Shown: positions 57,660 through 64,000 of the stretch, in pieces
Layout of the letters: each line of letters opens with the position of its first letter
Numbering within the stretch: position 1 is the first letter of the stretch
From: Eledone cirrhosa
Lineage: Eukaryota
Assembly (NCBI GenBank): GCA_964016885.1
Contig: OZ024754.1
Span: 38,936,001-39,000,000 of the forward strand
DNA length: 64,000 nucleotides
Direction of reading: 5' to 3'
Notes under the pieces: generated by a model
Told to the model about the DNA's origin: nothing
The model's database searches: none
Seen by the model: only the letters and a program-made list of their open reading frames with translations
Position numbers and translations under genes: made by a program

Positions 57660-58365
57660 CCAGATGTCAGAGGAATATATACCAGAGACGTAGCTGTTGG
57701 GGGGGGGGGGTACCAGATGACCTAGCTGTTGAGAGGGGAGGGGCAGTACATGCACCAGGTGACATAGCTGTTGGGGGGGTGCACATGTAGCAGATGACCT
57801 AGCTGTTGAGGGGGGTATATAAACGAGATGACCTAGTTGTTGAGGAGGGAGGGGGCACGTGTACTCTGTGACCTAGTTGTTGGGGGCACATGTACCAGAT
57901 GACTTAGCTGTTAAGGGGCAAGGAGCTCCCAGCTACCTTCTCTTGACCTAGCTGTTGAGGGGGGGAGGGGGCACATGTAGCAGGTGACCTAGCTGGTGTG
58001 GTAAGAGTACTAGATGACCTAAATGTACTAGATGACCTAGCCGATGGAGGAGGGCAGTGTATGCACCAGATGTTCTAGCTGTTGGGGAGAGGTGTAAACT
58101 CCAGATGTACCTGTTGTTAACATAGGAAGGGTAATATATTCTAAATGATCCAGTTGTTGGGGTGTGTAGGAGCTGGTGTAAATCTCCAGATGTCCTAGGG
58201 TAGTATATTCCAGATGTACAAACTGATTGGTGTGTAGAGCTATGCTCCAGATGTCAAGAGAGGCTGGGTGAGGCTATACTCCAGATGTCAAGCGAGGATA
58301 GATGGAAGCTATGGTCCACATGTCAAGAGAGCATAGGACTATGCTCCAAATGTCAAGAGAGAGTG
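57660..58365. repeat. Degenerate 30-45 bp tandem array (CCAGATGACCTAGCTGTTG-Gn, grading into CTCCAGATGTCAAG)
   Basis: ccagatg recurs ~18 times. Confidence 0.75.
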
Positions 58366-58380
58366 GGTGGGGGGGGAGCT

Positions 58381-58711
58381 GATTAACAAATCTCGGGGTC
58401 AATCCCTCAAGCTAGTTGGACTTCATCTCTCTACTACATGTTTCCTCCACAGTCAACTCTGCGTTGGTTGCTCACGAGTTGGAGGCATCAACAATTTATT
58501 CATTTGGACACCAACAAAAAATTATACAATGAATATTGTTTATTCTGAGGTGCTTCAAGATTGACAGATTTTCATTTCTAAATTCTGTTATCATTACAAT
58601 TTTGATATTTTAAAAATAATTATGGGAAAAAAATATATATCTTCATATTTATTGTTTACTAATCTGAATAAGAACAGTAGTAACCTGGGCAACGCTGGGT
58701 CATTCAGATAG
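58381..58711 (+). mobile_element. Helitron 3' end: PIF1-family helicase C-terminus plus terminal hairpin
   Basis: INKSRGQSLKLVGLHLSTTCFLHSQLCVGCSRV...NIVYSEVL* resembles TINKSQGQSL..VG..L...CFSHGQLYVACSRV...NIVY.EVL; hairpin acctgggcaacgctgggt, then (C>A)TAG|T. Confidence 0.88.
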
Positions 58712-59208
58712 TACAACATAAGAGAGAAAATGTGGGAGTAACACAAAAGAACAGGCAAAATAAACACGAGAGATATTCAACCAATGAGTTTTTCTAGACA
58801 TACCTGTGCCCCCTCTCTCTCTCCTACTGCTACATGATAAGCTCATCACCTAACTAGATTAGTTTAAGCTCATTTACATAATCTTTCCTCTCCCTCCCTC
58901 TCTCTCTCTAAATTGCATTCTTAAACTAAAGGTCAGCGTTTTAAAACACGTTCGATTCTCCGCTGGGGAGGAAAATCTTTGTCCAATATTTGCTAACAGG
59001 GAAAAACTGATGATAACTCAACATCCTGTTCCACATGAAACCACATTACCAAGACATGCTTGAAAAGTACAAAACATCACTATGACTGCATCACATTGAA
59101 AATCAAAGTCTTTGGTTTACTGCTAATTTTCACAATGATAGTTAAGATACTACAAACATTTGAATTAACAAACCTATTTATGTTTATTTAAAAAACATTT
59201 TGAAGGCC

Positions 59209-59381
59209 TTTCGCTATGAATTTATGTTAGTGACTATAGTCACATACCTAGCTTCAGCAAAAACAAAGGGTAATAACCGACGCATTTCTTGCTGTTTAGC
59301 GGTTATCAAGGTTATATACCCCTCTGTTTGTGCCGAAGCTAGGTATGTGACTATAGTCACTACCATAGATTCATAGCGAAA
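59209..59381. repeat. ~70-bp inverted repeat, each arm containing the palindrome GTGACTATAGTCAC
   Basis: Arms ~59209-59279 and ~59311-59381. Confidence 0.8.
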
Positions 59382-59802
59382 AATTGTGATTTTGATTCCC
59401 GGACCGGGCAATGCTTTATGTCCTTGAGCAAGACACTTTACTTCACATTGCTCCTTCTGCCTGGATTTGCAACCGACAGATAGTATTAGCAATTGGAAAG
59501 ACCAATGGAAATATTGTTTCCTTGATCTGATTTGATGAGCTCCATACCACGCGTTAAGCGAATGAGGTCTGGGATCTCATCGATCGACTGTCTCTATATA
59601 TATATATCTGGTTTTGGTATTGTATGGTTGGGTTTTGCCTACCGCAATTTTCAATTTGTCAAGCTATTTAAACGTAATGTTATTTCTCTAAGGACCTACC
59701 CTTATTGAGTGCTTTACTACTCATTCCTTATTGTAGGTAAACTTTGCTTGGCCACAGCCAAAGCTTCGATTTTACTAAGCTTCCACTTGTATTATATATA
59801 TA

Positions 59803-60159
59803 TATCATCATCATCATCATCATTTCATTTTACGTCCGCTTTTCCCTGCTTGCAAGGGTGGGACGGGAATGGATTCTGGCTTGATTTCTACAGCTGGATG
59901 CCCTTCCTAACACCAACCTCATTTACAGTGAGTGCTGGGTGCTTTTTTGCCGTGGCACCTCCACGACCACTTTACAGTGGAATGATAGGGACCCCAGTCC
60001 CTAAAGTCCCTATCATCTCATTTCTACTGCTGAGTAAACTGGAGCAATGTGAAATAAAGTCTCTTGCTCAAGGAAACAACACATCACTCGGTCTGAGAAT
60101 TGAACTCACAACCTTTCGATTGCAAGGCCAATGCTCTAACCACTAAGCCATGTGCCTCC
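59803..60159 (-). mobile_element. SINE family B
   Basis: Near-identical to 10327-10677, including the taaagtccc insertion. Confidence 0.9.
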
Positions 60160-60204
<45 letters not shown>

Positions 60205-60339
60205 ATCAAAATGACAGAAGTTGTTATACAAACAAGTTGAGCGAGGACTACACTGACATTGTTTTTTTAACAATGTCAGTTAAGTATTGTCAATGTCAGA
60301 TACATCAACAGATTTCACACAACTACTACAATAGCAGAA

Positions 60340-61450
60340 TGTAGTACTACTACCACCACCACGACTACTACTACTACTACCACTAATACCACTAGCAACA
60401 TCAATACTATTACCACCACCACCACTACTACTACTACTACCACTAATACTACTAGCAACATCGATACTATTACCACCACCACCACTACTACTACTACTAC
60501 CACTAATACTACTAGCAACATCAATACTATTACCACCACCACCACCACTACTACTACTACCACTAATACTACTAGCAACATCGATACTATTACCACCACC
60601 ACCACTACTACTACCACTAGCAACATCAATACTATTACCACCACCACCACTACTACTACCACTAGCAACATCAATACTATTACCACCACCACCACTACTA
60701 CTACCACTAGCAACATCAATACCATTACCACCACCACCACTACTACTACCACTAGCAACATCAATACTATTACCACCACCACCACTACTACTACTACTAC
60801 TACCACTATTACCACCACCACCACCACCACTACTACTACTACTACCACTATTACCACCACCACCACCACCACTACCACTAGCAACATCAATACTATTACC
60901 ACCACCACCACTACTACTACCACTAGCAACATCAATACTATTACCACCACCACCACTACTACTACCACTAGCAACATCAATACTATTACCACCACCACCA
61001 CTACTACTACCACTAGCAACATCAATACTATTACCACCACCAGCACCACTACTACTACTACCACTATTACCACCACCACCACTACTACTACCACTAGCAA
61101 CATCAATACTATTACCACCACCACCACTACTACTACCACTAGCAACATCAATACTATTACCACCACCACCACTACTACTACCACTAGCAACATCAATACT
61201 ATTACCACCACCACCACCACTACTACTACTACCACTATTACCACCACCACCACTACTACTACCACTAGCAACATCAATACTATTACCACCACCACCACCA
61301 CTACTACTACTACCACTATTACCACCACCACCACTACTACTACCACTAGCAACATCAATACTATTACCACCACCACCACCACTACTACTACTACCACTAT
61401 TACCACCACCACCACCACTACTACTACTACCACTATTACCACCACCACTA
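60340..61450. repeat. ~45-bp ACC/ACT-based minisatellite (CCACTAGCAACATCAATACTATTA core)
   Basis: Direct reading; gives G/S-rich and poly-V ORFs. Confidence 0.93.
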
Positions 61451-61462
61451 TAATTAGTAATA

Positions 61463-62068
61463 ACGGTTTCTGATTTAGGCACAAGGCCAACAATTTTGGG
61501 GAGGAGGGGAAAGTCGATTAAATCGACCCCAGTCCATTACTGGTACTCTATTTTATCGATCCTGTAAGGATGAAAGGCAAAGCTAACCTCAGTGGGATTT
61601 GAAATCAGAATGTAAAGTGCCATAACTCTATGCTGTAAAGCATGTCAGACACTACCAATACTGGTAATCCACTGCCCTACTATAGTTAGTAGTAATAATA
61701 ATTGTTTCTACTTTTGGCACAAGGCCAGCAATTCACCAGTACATTACTGGTACTTTATTTTATCGACCCCGTAAGGATGAAAGGCAAAGTCAACATCGGC
61801 AGGATTTGAACTCAGACCGTAAAGGGACGTAACTCTATGCTGGAAAGCATGGCTTCTAACTCTCTACCGATACTGCCAATCCATTACTGAGGTTAGTAAT
61901 AATAATAATAATACTAATAATACTTATTTCTAACCTGGTCATAAAACCACCAATTTGAAGGAAGGGGAAAGTCCATTATATCAACCCCTGTACGTGACTG
62001 GTACTTTATTTTATTGACCCTAGAAGATTGAAAGGCAAAGTTGGCTTCATCAGGATTTGAACTCACAA
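61463..62068 (-). mobile_element. Cluster of three SINE A copies (long and short forms)
   Basis: Family motifs. Confidence 0.85.
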
Positions 62069-62355
62069 TCTAAGTCAAATTGTGTCTTAAGCCAGAAGGC
62101 TCATTTGGCTGGTGCTTATCCCGGTTTCATGGTATGAAGCGTCTGAGAGTACAAGATTTCCCCCCTGGACAGGATGCCAGTCCATCGCAGGAATTCCCAA
62201 TGTAAAGAGCTAAGCAACTGCTTAGCATTTTGTCTGACTCCCTAATGGTCCTGCCAATCCACCAGCTTCTGATGGTTTCTGATTTAGGCACAAGGCCAGA
62301 AATTTGGGGTATGAGGGAAAATCAATTAAATTAATTATAGTACATGACTGCTACT

Positions 62356-62870
62356 TACCTTACATACTTGTATATAAGCTGAGAAATATGACAAAAAAAA
62401 TTGACAGTAAAATTGCAGGATGTAGGGTGGGGGTTGGCTTATATTCGAGGTCAATATTTTGCCTTATTTTCACCAACTTTAAAATTTTACATAAATGAGA
62501 TGCTAAAATATTTTCACTTTCGAGAAGAAATTATACCAGTTTCACTTGGGAACTGAAATTCATTTTTTATGTGTTTTGAATGAATCTGGCCTTTAAAATG
62601 TTTGGAAATTGGTAAAAAAAAAAAAATTCATTATGTAATGGCCTTCTGAAACAAAAACTATATTCTAATCAACACTTAAACCATTTTAAATATCAAAATA
62701 ATCAAACTTCATAAATATATTCTCCACTCGTGAGAATCTCAAAACCATTCCATCTAAATATTGTGTTGGTTAGCTGCCTCGGCTTGTACACAGGGTTTGG
62801 ATTTTTGCCCAATTCTCAGACATAAAATGGTGGCTGGGGAGGGGCGACTTATATTCGAGTATGTAAGGTA
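62356..62870. mobile_element. Tc1/mariner (pogo-like) non-autonomous element inserted in a SINE A
   Basis: TA-ccttacatacttgtatataagc ... gacttatattcgagtatgtaagg-TA inverted termini. Confidence 0.78.
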
Positions 62871-63373
62871 TTTTATTGACCCGATATTGAAAAGATAAAA
62901 CGTAAATTTGACACAGATTCAATTCAAACTCAATAAAATCAAAGAAAGAAAATTATTTTCCGCTTCAGTCCAAGTTCATACTGGGAGGAAAAAAAAAGTT
63001 TTAAAAAAAACAACATGGCAGCTACATTTTTGCTGCCTTAATATGAACGACTACAGATTTGCTGATGTAAATAACATAGAAGTACTGTTAAAGAGAATAA
63101 ATATACAATTAGATTGAAGATTTGATCAGTTCTGTTATTTTCCATGTTGTTTCAAGGAAAAAAAAATCTGTTGAAAGAAATAAGAACCCATTTTAGTTAA
63201 TCAGTTTAACATAAATGTGATTTTACAACAAAATCCTGTCAGGAATAATATACAAAATGTCTACTTGTATGATGATGGCATAGTATGCCATAGCAAGATG
63301 ATGATCAATAAATAGAAAGACGACAAAAGAATTAATTATATGAGAAAGTAGAGAGATAGATGTGTGCAATCAC

Positions 63374-63421
<48 letters not shown>

Positions 63422-64000
63422 AGGTAGTGGTGGTGATGGTGGTGGTGGCGGTGGTGATGGTGGTGGTGGCGGTGGTGGTGGTGGTGATGGCAGTGATGGG
63501 TTTGAAAACATTCAAACAGATTGCTAAGAAATGCATGCAGAAGACAACATAAATAATTAACAAGGGAAAGTGCTACTGAATCAAACACATATTACTTGTT
63601 ATATTGATATTTTACTCTCTCTCTCACACTCAGTCTTCACCAAACTATCTCTCTTACACCCACTTCTAATAAACATTTAAAATATATTTTAACACCTTCA
63701 TTACCATATTTCTAATGAAATACACTGCCTATGATTTTCCAATAATTTTGAAAACATTCAAGAATTTGAAGGGATTTAGTAATAAGCAACTTTCTCATTA
63801 TTTAGCTGATGTTTGGAACATAACAAAAGTTCCGACAAAATTATGATGGAAGGTTTTTATATAAATATAAATACTTTGAAATAAACTGTTTTGTATAATA
63901 GAACCAGGGACAGGGGTCAGGTGGTTTGGTAAAAAAAAATGGGTTTTCTGTAGAATGTCATAATTTTTTTTAAATGAGTTATTTACAGCCCTAAAATCAT

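Noticed and set aside
58367-58564. Cellular PIF1 gene
   Set aside because: Only the last ~60 codons are present, with substitutions in conserved motifs, followed by a Helitron-type terminus
60280-61482. Gly/Ser-rich structural protein ORF
   Set aside because: The start lies in a SINE tail and the body is an ACC/ACT minisatellite also open as poly-Val

Overview
AT-rich, repeat-saturated animal genomic DNA. The SINE/LINE repertoire and microsatellite load suggest an octopod cephalopod (inference; no search run). Most long ORFs in the track are microsatellite read-throughs. The window contains: (i) large simple-sequence tracts; (ii) at least three tRNA-derived SINE families, including an 8-copy head-to-tail array; (iii) RTE, CR1/L2 and Dong/R4 LINE remnants, piggyBac-, hAT- and Tc1/pogo-type MITEs, and a Helitron helicase 3' end; (iv) a chain of small GT-AG exons on the minus strand from an unidentified gene whose introns appear to span the window. 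The main unexpected signal is about a dozen short, non-coding, mostly fold-back elements from several unrelated sequence families, usually beside (TA)n tracts. They carry type I hammerhead-ribozyme cores (CUGANGA...GAAA...NUH), show compensatory stem changes and share a GAGTRCT tail motif. This matches Penelope-like pseudo-LTR / retrozyme-type mini-elements.
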